Positions 1 through 11,446 of a DNA stretch of 64,000 nucleotides are shown here, piece by piece. The notes under the pieces were generated by a model, which had not been told where the DNA came from, made no database searches, and worked only from the letters and a program-made list of their open reading frames with translations. A program made the translations under genes and the position numbers. Source of the DNA: Tubulanus polymorphus (lineage: Eukaryota > Animalia > Nemertea); the NCBI RefSeq assembly GCF_964204645.1, contig NC_134028.1:22130345-22194344 (forward strand), written 5' to 3'. The first letter of the stretch is position 1; every line of letters starts with the position of its first letter.

Positions 1-380
1 CGCGATATCAATGTTTATGAGACATGTTCGAAGGTCAAAGCAATTAATCAGACAGACAAAAGCGGACAAAACAATTTTGCATAAACTTTCGACACGGTGA
101 ATGAATTATTGATCAAAAATATGCGCGACCTAACAAGATCAGACGATTTTCGTTTGTATACCAATTAAAGTATGCCCCTCCAATAGGATAGGCTTATTAA
201 TCACATTTCAATTTCAACCTGACCTGTATTTGAAATTACGATTTTCATTGAAAAATTATCGAGATTGAATATAATTAAGGAAACCTTCAAGGATTAGCCG
301 GCCCGTTGGGAACGGTGCATGGGTTTTGACGTGCCACCGTTTGTTTATCGGTATAATTATCTAGTGCACCACGTGATTGA

Positions 381-388
381 TATAAATA
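381..388 (+). promoter_or_regulatory. Candidate TATA box for cPLA2
   Basis: TATAAATA at 381-388, followed by a GTAAGT donor at 415 and a CAG acceptor at 454-456 just upstream of the ATG at 479. Confidence 0.3.
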
Positions 389-478
389 GGGCTCTATACA
401 ATGTGGGGAACTTTGTAAGTTTATTTAGTGCGTAAAATTCGGTTAGTTAATAACAGATATCGATATCTCAGCGGCATA

Positions 479-3400
479 ATGGCTGAAACGAAAGCAGTTA
501 CATTTTCTGACGAGGGGAATAACGTCGAAAAAGTAAGTCACCAGTGTAGTATAACATCGACCCGACAAACTGGATCCAGTTCCACACTTATGAGTTAAGT
601 CTCTTCATTTTCAAATGAGTTAACTCCGAGTCAAATCTTAACTTGGAACTGTAGAACTTGATCAATTGATGTAGGTAAAGTAATTCGTCAAAACCGATGT
701 AGTTTTTCCGAAAGTATTTATTTGTTAGATTCTATTCCTTGGATATATCTGCAAATTAGACAATTATTTGATAGAATAGCCCGTACACTCTGACGCGGAG
801 AACGGTAATAAGACCTGTACAGAATTTAAAAGATTTCATATATCAAAATCAAGAAGTCGTGTTTTCTGATTTTAATTTTCGATTAGATTTAATTCTTAAT
901 CTCTCAAATTCTGTATATAGTGGATTTTTAACTTATGAGACGATTCTTTATTTATTCGATTCCGTAACGAGTGAATGCGACATTTTGAAGACGAATAATT
1001 CGACAATCGAAATTTGTTTTGTTTTCTGAACTGTTTACCATTGATGAAACACTCTGAGTGTTCGGAATATTTGCTCGTGCTAATATATCAATTCGACGTT
1101 TCGACAATATCCTAGTAGTCATCTCGGTTCCAAGTCCAGTATAGCGGTTTGTTGGTATGTCGGTATGTTTGTATGGCATTAGGTAAAAATTAGTTAAGTC
1201 CAATATAGGCGGATTAATTTCAAATACCAGTCTGATGTGATTGGTCTCGCTGGAACTATGGACCTCAGGACCCAGTTCCACAGTTGTGAGTTATGGTTAA
1301 CTCTGAGTTAAAGTTAGTTCATTTTCAATGAGTTAACTCTTAGTTAATCTAATTGAATCTTAACTCAGATCTGTGGAACTGGACCCAGGAATAACAAAAT
1401 GATGAGATGCATTCCAGGACAACTAGGCATACAAAGCGATTTCGTTCTTGAATGGGATTTTATATTGTTTTAAAGTATCTTTCATTCATTCGTTTACAGG
1501 ATTTGAATGAACAGCGCCGTCACCGCCTTCCTGGCCACGAAACACAATCCCCAATCGAAGAAGCCATGGAGGATGCGCCGGAGTAAGTGTAGAGACATAA
1601 CATAGATCTTGGAGTAATCAGACTGATTACTCCAAGCATAGACATCGTGTCTAGAATGCGTGTATATATTTCCAATGTCATACGAGTTGACTGTCTGAGT
1701 CTACTAATTAAAAATCAACAATATACAAATGCATATAATATATAAGCCCACACTAACAATAAAATGAGTCCAAAATATTTCCTCGAGCTCATATCTATTC
1801 GACGTTTCGACAATATCCCATATAATGCCATGCGAGCTTTCGCATTAAAAAGGACCGTCCTTCTGTTAACGAGACGACGCTTATAAAGACAACTTTTTTA
1901 AATGTATTTATATGAACGAAACGCATTCCTCAAAGTCGATTAACGAATTTGATACTGTCTGTGACGGAAATACCGCGACGGTAATAACCAAGAGATATAT
2001 TTTCCACTCAGCTTATGCACCAACCCGTTAGAATTTTAGCAACAAGATCACTGTATTATACAACTCCTCGAAATTTTCGAAAACTTTCATCGAAAATCGT
2101 GTGTGAAAAACTATCTTTCGCAGTATATTATTTCTTCTGGTTTATTTTCCTCTTCTTCAGGTTTGACCCTTACCAAGTATTTACGGTAAGCCTTCACAAT
2201 TTCTCTATAACTTAGATTATCAAAAGAGATTGCACGAAAGTCCATACAATAGTGACGTCTCTCGTTTTGATGTGTTTAAATGGAGGCAGCAATCGACCGC
2301 TAGCCAGTGCATGTTTATATAATAATCAATTACTCTTATTTGTTTTCACATCGATTAGGTGACCCATCCAGTTTGCAAAATACTTACAGTTACGGTTCTT
2401 TGCGGACGCAACATATCAAAAGGCTGGGAAGATTACGGTACGAAAAGCTTATCTTAATGAATTAGAGACGAATTCAATTCCGCGTAAATCATGGTTGAAT
2501 AAGATATCGAGGCCTAGTACTACTCTGGGATGGATTGTTTTAATATGATAAAAAGCCCACAAATGACACACGGGGATATTTCAGCCTCAGAAATCATCGT
2601 CAAGCAAGACACCGAAAATTAAAAAAAAATATATTCAGAAATCTATAAATTTTTATGAATATTTGAATGTTATAGTTGATGAGCCGGACCCGTACGTACA
2701 GCTGCGAGTACCAAACGCACCCGACGGCGTCAGACAAACGAAAGTTTTCACCAATGAAGTGAATCCCGTCTGGAACGAAACGTTTACGTTCTTACTCGAC
2801 CCGTTGAACGAAAATATTCTACGTAAGTAAAGTTTTTCAAACCTATATTCTATTTAGAATATCTGGAGTCCAGAATTTAGAGTCGTCTCACTCGCGCCCG
2901 GACTCATGCGTCAGTTTTATAGCTTTAGGTGATTATAAGAAACAGACTCCAAAACAGCGCGCTTGACTGTGGAGTTTTAAGCCAGGTTTTAAGCTTTGGT
3001 CGGATAAGATCTGACTTGATAGTCGGATCTTATAGGGAACCGGCTGCCAGTCACTGATTTTTAAGTCGGGGAGTTTGTCATAGTTGTACTAAAGCCTGAT
3101 TCGGGTCGCCCGTACGATCCGTCGGCGATTCGTAAGGCCGTAACCAATGAACATGTATAAATCACATGACTATATACATTGAATATTGGCTATACGACCT
3201 TACGAGCGGTCGCTAGGGCACTCGGTTCACATAAGATCCGATCCGATCCGATTTATACTTGGAGTGAAAGGAAAACTGAAAAAAAATTGTGATCACTATA
3301 TCAATTCCAGAGTTGGAATCAACGTCTCTTTATTCCTGTTTTTATAGAGCTGACATTATGGGAATCGAACTACATGATGGACACGGTCATCGGCACGACT

Positions 3401-6400
3401 ACTTTCGATTTGAACAGTTTACCGTGCGTGAAAAAAACTACTGAAACATTTTTCTTGAATCAGGTAATTCAAACGTATCCACTCACGGTGAGCATGTCTA
3501 CACGCAATTTACCCACGTGGTATGACGTCACGAGTAACTGGTCATATTAGGTCTTCATTTTTGGTGGTAAATCTACCGGGCGTTTGTCCGAGCGATTAGG
3601 GTCACATACAGCTATGCAACCACATCACAGAGGACCTAACTGTGAATTCTTCTATTAGTTTTTATTATTCATTTGATTAGTTATTTAGATGCTTCCTCGA
3701 TATGAATCAATGTATTTGTATTGTTTATTGCCAACCGATAAAACTGCGCTCGAATTTGACGTCGCAAGGTCGACCTACGCCCGGCTTTAAGCAATCGTCG
3801 CGTTGCGTCACAAGTGGGGGCGTAAGTCGGTTGCGACGAGGTTGTCAGCGACTGTGTGCGACTAGTTGCTCCCAGTCGCAAGAGCGCGTAGATCGGTTAC
3901 GACGCTCGCGTCGCGTCGCAGAAAGTAGAACATGTGCGACTCATTGCGACTGGCGTCGCTGGCAGTCGCAAGGCAGCGTAGGTCGGTTGGTCGTTGCGAC
4001 GCGATCGTCGCTGGCAGTCGCAGTGAGTCGCGTCGCAGTGAGTCGCAAGCCGTCGCAAGGCCGACCTACGCCCGGCTTAAGGTTGCAAGAATAGGGTTGC
4101 GATATCTTATCATTGACGTATACCCCACATACAAAAGAAAAGAAAGAAGGGACCGAAACGTTTCCTTAAGATCACCATCATCATCATTTTTCCTTCGAAC
4201 CGGTATATAAGATTTGTTGAAAAAAACTAGAAATACCTACTTCGACGTTTCGACTATATCTTAAAAGTAACCTTCAGTTATAGCACGGACGCTGGGAGTG
4301 TCTTTTATCAAGGTTATAACGAGGGGTAAAATCTTTCTATTTTCAGACTAGTGAAATAGATGTCGAATTTCAAATTGAATACGAGTAAGTGTCATTAAAC
4401 ACATAAACCGTCAGCGCGACGACACGGAACCCAGAGACAATTTCAATGGTCAATGTAGGAATGATAGAAATTGTCAGATATTGATTTTCTTTGTAGTAAC
4501 AATCCGTCGCTTAGATACAGCCTGTGTCTGCATCCTAGTGAGAAGAAATTCAAAGAAACAAGAAGAACAAAATGTATGAAAGCGATGCAGAAATTGCTGG
4601 GATCAAAAGGACCGACCAATACAAGACAGGTATTTGAAATACAAAACTCTGAAATGTTTAGTAGTTATATATGCTAATGATATTGACTTCTGCAACATGT
4701 TACATATGAATATATAGTTTGTAATTACTTGCATGATAAATCGGTACACATTCATCCCCCTCCCCATCCCTCCCTCTCTCCACTCTCTCCCCTCTCATCT
4801 CTATCCCTCTCCCCTCTCTCCACTCTCTCCCTCTCCTCACTCTCCTCATTCTCACGCTATCCCTAATCGATGCGCGTTGCTGATGATTTACGCTTGGTTA
4901 TCTTATTTTCGATTTAGACCCCGACGATTGGAATCCTCGGATCTGGCGGTGGTTTCAGAGCTATGGTCGCTATGAGCGGAGTTATTAAAGCTCTCAAAGA
5001 ATCCGGTGTACTCGACTGCGCCATGTATATGTCCGGACTATCGGGCTCATCATGGTAAGTAGGTGCTTCTGGGATTTAGTGTTAATTTCCGATCACCTAT
5101 CCTCGATTGAATGTCTTTCCCATCCCAAACGGTTAGCGCTAATAAGGTACCAAGGTACCAAAGTATACCAATAAGGTCTCTCTCATCACTTTCGCAAGCA
5201 TTTCGTTAGCCATCAATTTTCCTGTGGTCAATTTCGCGACTCCTAAAAAACACTCGAAAATAGTAAATATACTGTGGTTAGATCGTTCGACTCTGGGGAG
5301 CAAGGTCTTGGGTCCGAACCCGTACATTATCGAATTGTCCTCGGGCAAGACACTTATCCTCATCGCCTCTCTCCCCACCCAGGAGTAAAATAGGAACCTG
5401 GTCTGATAGATGACTCCTTAGTCCTAGCAGCTGCTCGGATGTTACTTCTCCCCAGGGAGAGCTGGTCTGATAAATGGTCAGAGTCATAGGCTGTGGGTAA
5501 TGATGGAAAGCGCCGTTGAACATCGTATCATAGTGAAAAGGGCGCTATCAAAATTAAATGACTTATGGTTTACTTACTTACTGTGATGCTATTTCACAGG
5601 TGTATCTCCACCTTGTATTCGCATCCTGATTGGCCGAACCTGGATATCGCTGATTTCCAAGACGAAATGAAAAACAACATCGACTCGAGTTTATTTTATC
5701 TGTTGTCGCCGCAGAGTATTTACCGTTACATAGACAGCATCGTTAGCAAACGGAAAAACGGCCAACCGGTCAGCTTTACGGACTTCTTCGGTCATCTGGT
5801 CGGCGAGACACTTCTCAGAGGGGTAAGTAGTAGGATTAGATGCCAGGGAAGGAAGTTAGAGACAGACATAGATGTAGAAGAGAAGAGGGAGACGGAGAGA
5901 GGGACGGAGAGGGAGAGGGAGATGGAGAGGGAGATGGAGATGGAGAGGGAGACGGAGACGGAGACGGAGAGGGAGAGGGAGAGGGAGAGGGAGAGGGAGA
6001 GGGAGAGGGAGAGGGAGACGGAGGGGGAGACGGAGAGGGAGAGGGAGGGGGAGGCGGAGAGAGGGAGACGGAGAGGGAGAGGGGGAGGGAGAGGGAGGCG
6101 GAGAGGGAGACGGAGACGGAGACGGAGAGGGAGAGTTCTTCTAACATATCATCTATTAGCAGAACCTTACTCAGTTCATCCTGTCTTGTGATGATATATC
6201 AAAATTAGTATTTTATAATGACGAGTGACGAGAATTTCTCATTTCGTAGAGAATGGATTCGAAATTGTCGCATCAACAAGCCAAAATCAACGATGGAGAC
6301 GCACCGTGTCCATTATACACATGTGTTCACGTGAAGAAAGACGTCTCAGCCCAAGTGTTCCATGGTAAAACCAAAACCTTCGTGAAATATATTTTGTCTT

Positions 6401-9400
6401 ATTTCAAATTGAGAAAAAAAACCTTTAAGCATAAATAACTCATAGATTTAAAAAAAAATACTCTTTTAAGTACGTAATACACATAACTCTAAATGACGTT
6501 TTTTTCAAATCGTTTTAGAATGGGTTGAATTCTCGCCTTACGAAATCGGAATGCCTAAATATGGAACGTTTTTAGACTCACATCTATTCGGGAGCAAGTT
6601 CTTTCTTGGAAAATTGTGCCGCCAGTTCCCGGAACCGCCGCTATTCTTCCTTCAAGGTGCGTATACAGTCAGCAGACAGAAAAAAAAATCCAATCCGATT
6701 CGAACAATTCAGATACCGGTAATATTCAACTCGTTATGATATTGACAATTGAAAAAAACTGAACCTGAACCTGAACCAACCGATTTTCCAGGAATTTGGG
6801 GAAGCGCATTTTGCATTTTGTTCAAAAGGCTGACAGACAACAACAAAAAGATCGACCCTGTTGAGATGGTTCGCGAAGAAATGGGTAAGGCATTTAGAGC
6901 GACGACTGCGATTCGACCGGGATACGTCGAACCAGTTTATTGCGGTAGCTCAGTGGGTGGTCAGCAGCGTAGAAACACGATCGTCATTTCTCTTTTTTTT
7001 CATCTAAAATCTATAGAGAAACAATTACAAGAAGAAGAAACTGACGAAGAAAGCGACCTCAGCGAAGACGAGGGAAACCAGCAAAATAAAACGGATAAAC
7101 AGAAACAGCCGCGTGAAACTGGTTCATCTAGTGGCGGATTCTGGAAAGATTTCCTACAAGGAATTTTCAATTCGTAAGTCACGTAAAATCCAGGGGCCAG
7201 TTGCACAGTCGTGACTTATGTCTAAAAGTGGTCTTAAATCTCAAGACTGGTCTTAAGTTGTTAGATTGGTTATAGAACTAAGTTGGTCTTAGACTGGTCT
7301 AAAGTCTAAGCCATGACTATGCAACCGGCCCCAGGACCCAGTTCCACAGTTGTGAGTTAGAGTTTAATCTGAGTTAAAGTTAGTTTATTTCCAATGTTTT
7401 AACTCGGAGTCAAATCTTAACTCAGAACTGTGGAACTGGATCCATGGGTAGAAAAGTGTTTTTGGACAAAACTTTCTAAAAGGATATTCTACGAATTTTT
7501 TTATAACATCACAGGTCCAGCCCCAGGCATTTCAAATCCTGTGCTTTTGGAAATTGACAGTTCTTCCAGTATCCTCCAATTTACCCTACCAATTTGGTCA
7601 TTCGGGGACTCTACAAATGTACAAGTAAATGACAAATTTCGCTTTTAATAATTTAGGAATTCATTATTGAATTCGCGGTCTGGACGCGCCGGAGTGATTC
7701 ATAACTTCATGAGAGGCCTTTCTTTGAACAAGAGTTACTCGCTGACTCCGTTCATCAACGCGCTACAAGAAGACAACGGTTAGTCTTAACACGGACGTAT
7801 AAACTAGTTTAAACGTCCGTGGTCTTAATGAGATACGACGGTTTTACCTAGGAAAAAAATTCTGTGTATTTCGCATGAATACTGGCTTCATTTATGTTCT
7901 TCAAAAAAGTCCGGTCAACAGAAACGAACTCTTTATTTTTTGTTGTAATTTATTTAATTTTTTTTTTATCTTATAGAGGATACTTTCGACGGTATTTTCG
8001 ACATGGCTTCTACTCAACAGAAGAAGTTGTTCGTAGTTGACGCCGGATTGACGTTCAACTCGCCGTACCCGCTGTTACTGAGACCGCAACGAGGGGTCAA
8101 CCTGCTGCTGTCTTTCGACTTCAGCGCCAGACCGTCCGACGATCATCACCCGTTCAAGGTTCATATCTCCCAATTTTCGATTACCTTTTTCATCAATCGA
8201 TACCGCTACGAAATAGTACACGAACCAATTTGTCCACAAAGAAATATATACATCTCTATTACATATCTATGAAATAGAGATGAATTTCGGTCGTATGGTT
8301 ATCACAATCGTGTGTTAATCTTCCTATTTTCATTACTCTGCACTTTGGTTCTGCCATTAAGAATTCTGATTCTACGAGGTTACTAGAACGAGTGGGTTTT
8401 GGATGGACCCACATTCTGTGTGACCTCATTTGCAGCTTCGGAAGACACATTTGACAATAGTTCATTTTAGTCGGCGCCCTGAACGTATAAGTCAGGTCTT
8501 GGGCAACAGTTTATACGATCCACATATCTGGCCCACGAGCATAGGTTGAATATCTAATTTCTGAATGATTTTTTAGGAACTGCTTCTGGCGGAGAAATGG
8601 GCAAAACTGAACAAGCTTCCATTCCCACCGATAGATACGTGCGTGTTCGATCGAGAAGGAATCAAAGAGCTGTACATCTTTCGACACCCGACTGATCCTC
8701 ACTGCCCGATAGTCATGCATTTTGTATTGCTCAATAAGACGTTTAGGGAATACAAAAGTCCAGGTAAGATGCTCGCGCTAACTAACTTCAAATTGTAAGC
8801 CCAAGCCCTGCGCACACGCTTGGGGTATCGGTCTGTTAAGCGTGTGCGTTGGGAAATGCTATTTTGCTTCATATCATGCTTGATATGTTCTAATAGGAGC
8901 ATCATTTTTAGCAGGGAGACGACTGAATGCATACAAAAACTTCACATAAAATCCAACGCTATGAATAAAAAAGAGTTCAAAATATTTCATTGCAATCATT
9001 GATATCAGTGGCGGATCCAGGGCCCCATTTAATGAATAAAACGCGATGAAATATGAATAGCATGAACTTAAAAAGGGCTGCTATCCAGGCCTGTGAGAGA
9101 CGAGGTTTCGAAATTTGAGTATCTTCAAAATTTATCAATTTCATTTTATTCTCACTTTAACTCATTTGCTTGACACTCGAGAGAAAAATGTCAACAAGTC
9201 AGATTCTAAGTGAAAAGTTTTCATTTTGAATTTTTCCAACCTGTTGCGCACAGCGGCTGCTTTTTCGTGACAATTTCTCGAGGGCACTTGTAATGGCGAC
9301 CTCGCACGTGCTAGATGTTGCGACAGTCTGGATCCGTCCCTGAATTCGACGTTTTGACAAATATCCTAACTGTCATCTTCAGGAATACTTAAGTTACGTT

Positions 9401-9958
9401 GAAATGATGGGATATACCGAGTCTATAAAAATTGTTTCCAATTTGTTTTCTATTTCATTAGGAGTCAAACGAGAAACTCAAGAAGAAAAAGACTTCGCAG
9501 ATTTCAGCATCTTCGACGATCCGAATACGCCTTATTCGACGTTCAATTTCACCTACCCCCATCGCGCTTTCGAACAGCTCAGCAAACTGGCCGAATTCAA
9601 CACTCTCCTGCACATAGACGACATCAAACAGTGCATGGCCGAACTGGTGGAAAAACGCGTGCAAAGCCCGCCGAATATTCTCTTCTCGTTGAGCAGTTTG
9701 AAGATGATCGAAATGCGCAATCGACGAATGCGGGAAAGAATGGGCAAAATGTTGCAAAACGTCCGCGATCGCAAGAAATCGGCAGCGACCGACTCGAAAA
9801 ACGACGACGACGACGAAGATAGCGACGTATTCTACGAAGCGGCGTCCGAGATCTTGTCCGGACACTCTCCGACTAAATCGCACGTATCAGTGAACTCGAC
9901 TACGGCTGGCAATGGCCGTCGGAAAACGGATTATTATTCGACTTCTTCAGAGATCTAG
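479..9958 (+). CDS. PLA2G4A: Cytosolic phospholipase A2 (group IVA-like; C2 domain + catalytic domain), 18 coding exons
   Basis: Phase-consistent GT-AG exons: 479-532, 1500-1582, 2161-2185, 2359-2437, 2676-2822, 3348-3463, 4347-4384, 4497-4629, 4918-5054, 5600-5822, 6250-6364, 6519-6656, 6792-6884, 7017-7173, 7657-7778, 7977-8158, 8577-8763, 9462-9958. Hallmarks: FDPYQ, DEPDPYV...NPVWNETF (C2 domain), ILGSGGGFRAM (catalytic Arg), GLSGSSW (catalytic Ser), STLYSHPDWP, EWVEFSPYEIG, GRAGVIHNFMRGL, VVDAGLTFNSPYPLLLRPQRGV (catalytic Asp), PYSTFNFTY. The first two exons are less certain than the rest. Confidence 0.95.
1269..1385. mobile_element. MITE with G(A/G)(C/T)CCAGTTCCACAG terminal inverted repeats and CAG/CTG target (PIF/Harbinger-like); other copies ~570-650, 7335-7442, 14321-14407
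   Basis: TIR GACCCAGTTCCACAG / CTGTGGAACTGGACC flanked by CAG on both sides. The internal tgagtta...taactc palindromes recur in the other copies. Confidence 0.75.
3761..4081. mobile_element. GC-rich non-autonomous DNA-transposon-like element with internal GTCGCA/TGCGAC repeats
   Basis: A ~30-bp motif GTCGCAAGG(T/C)CGACCTACGCCCGGCTT(T)AAG occurs at 3761-3791 and 4052-4081, with many GTCGC/GCGAC subrepeats between. Lies in a cPLA2 intron. Confidence 0.5.
4755..4855. repeat. CT-rich low-complexity tract (intronic)
   Basis: Runs of ccctctctc. Confidence 0.8.
5271..5570 (+). mobile_element. tRNA-derived SINE with conserved core domain and LINE-type tail
   Basis: tRNA-like head (GTGGTTAGA...GGGTCCGAACCCG), then the widespread SINE core TGTCCTCGGGCAAGACACTTATCCTC...CCTCTCTCCCCACCCAGGAGTAAAATAGGAACC, and a tail AAAGCGCC...GAAAAGGGCGCTATCAAAAT resembling L2/CR1-type 3' ends. 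Confidence 0.7.
5879..6134. repeat. (GAGAGG/GAGACG)n purine microsatellite in a cPLA2 intron
   Basis: Hexamer repeat; source of the spurious ER/GE/PS-repeat ORFs. Confidence 0.95.
7194..7331. mobile_element. MITE with GGGCCAGTTGC TIRs and CAG/CTG target; related copies 14411-14495, ~35887-36009, ~56949-57074
   Basis: CAG-GGGCCAGTTGCACAGTC ... GACTATGCAACCGGCCC-CAG; directly abuts the CCAGTTCCACAG-type MITE at 7335. Confidence 0.7.
9342..9388 (-). ncRNA. Degenerate minimal type I hammerhead ribozyme motif (CUGAAGA family)
   Basis: Minus strand reads ATTC-CTGAAGA-TGAC-agttaggatattt-GTC-AAAAC-GTC-GAAT. Stem I ATTC/GAAT and stem II GAC/GTC are present, but GAAA is mutated to AAAA in this copy (intact GAAACGTC in copies at ~1093-1122, ~4241-4277, ~53296-53331). 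Confidence 0.55.
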
Positions 9959-10483
9959 TAATAAAAAAACATTTTCGCGCGTAGAAAATGTTGTAATATA
10001 GTCGCTACTAAGCATGTGTGTAGTAGGTTATCGCATTTTTCCAAAGTTTCTATTTTTCAAATCTTCGGTCTTTTCTTATCGTGTATATGATTACTTTTAC
10101 CGAAAATACTAAGGAGGATGTATTTTTGATTTTACTTGTAATAAATTTACAGCGTTGTTACAAATACATTGTATCAAGAGGCTTCTTGTCTCTATAGAGT
10201 GGACTATTGCGTTTACCTCTGTACAAACTGAAATGCATGACAATCTACTGTCTGTCTGTCTGTCAGCCTGCTTGCATGCCTACCTGCCTGTCGGTCTGTC
10301 TGTCTGTCCATCCGTCCCGTCCGTCTGTCGTCTGTCTGTCGTGTCGACAAGTCTTTCCGTCAACCAGTTTTTGGGTCCCATAACAGAGTATAAGATTAAA
10401 TGAACTCAATGTGTATTCAGTGACTGCTCGATTAACATTTATTCATGTTTCTAAATGTTTAGCATATTCTCATATTTCTAAAT

Positions 10484-10729
10484 CTAAACCTCCGCATTGC
10501 GCCCTGCTATCACGGCCGTAAGCGCTGCATGCAACAAGGGTTTTCTGATTTTTCCCCAGACTCTCTTGAACCATCCTCGTTTCATCAGTTTAACGGTTCG
10601 TCTGGCCTCCATCAACTCCAGCGGGTCGTGTCCAGCAGTCTCAGCGTCTCGAAGAGCTCATTCTATTTGATCACCAGTAACGGCGACCACCAGTAAAACA
10701 CACAATACAAAAACTGCCGACAATTTCAT
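10484..10729 (-). pseudogene. Secreted cationic amphipathic peptide (antimicrobial peptide/toxin-type) prepropeptide with one in-frame TGA
   Basis: Translation: MKLSAVFVLCVLLVVAVTG-DQIE*ALRDAETAGHDPLELMEARRTVKLMKR-GWFKRVWGKIRKPLLHAALTAVIA-GR-NAEV*. Signal peptide, acidic pro-region, dibasic KR site and Gly-Arg amidation signal. TGA at 10660-10658. Splice acceptor at 10746-10747, GTAAGT donor at 11377, TATATAAA at 11454-11447, AATAAA at 10443-10438. Confidence 0.75.
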
Positions 10730-10785
10730 TTTACCGGGGATTCTTCTGTAATCAATGAATTACAGGCCATTATTAAAAAAATACA

Positions 10786-10950
10786 GTTAAGTTAAGTTAA
10801 GTTAAGTTTATTTTGCATAATAGATTGATACAAAGATATGTAATTATACAATACGATACATTATGAAAATATAATAACAATCAATCATTGTAGCAATAGA
10901 TTATGCGAGGAAACAGGAAAAGCCAAAGTTGGCTTAAACAGTAAACCCAT
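10786..10950 (-). mobile_element. LINE (CR1/L2-like) 3'-end relic with (TTAAC)n tail in the peptide-gene intron
   Basis: (GTTAA)5 tract directly adjacent to TTTATT (AATAAA on minus), the usual layout of a microsatellite-tailed LINE 3' end. Confidence 0.4.
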
Positions 10951-11446
10951 ACCGCCAATCCCGTCTGAAGCCGGGTTTATTGCCGAGAACGGAACAGTTA
11001 ATTTGTCTTGGAACTATAGTCAAAATCAACCTATAAAATAACGCCATAGCCTATACTCACCCAAAATCAAAATCACCCATATGGGCGCGGAGTTGATCAG
11101 GGGTTGATTCGTTTGTACTGATATTAGCTCACTGAATGATGGATGTCAACAATCACCAAGTCATTAGTTACCAAACATGTAGATGTATTTATTCCCCGTA
11201 GAATTGAATTTGCCAATCTTACAATAAACGATTCTAGGTAGATATAGTCTTGCAAAGTGCCCAAACATTCTATTTTCTATAATTTGAATGAGGGAATATT
11301 ACACTTTCTACTATTTCCCCTACGGTAAGAAAAAAGTACAGTAAAACTAAAAACAAAGAACATATATCTCTACTTACGAAATCTTTCACTGTGAAGCAAA
11401 TCGAAATGCTTTCGATGAGAGTTAAATGTTTCGATTTTCATCTCTG

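Noticed and set aside
5836-6208. ER/GE/PS-repeat ORFs
   Set aside because: Translations of an intronic GA-rich microsatellite beyond the cPLA2 donor at 5823.
10438-10483. SECIS element in the peptide gene 3' UTR
   Set aside because: ATGA, AAA and TGA are present, but helix II cannot pair adequately and the UTR is very short.
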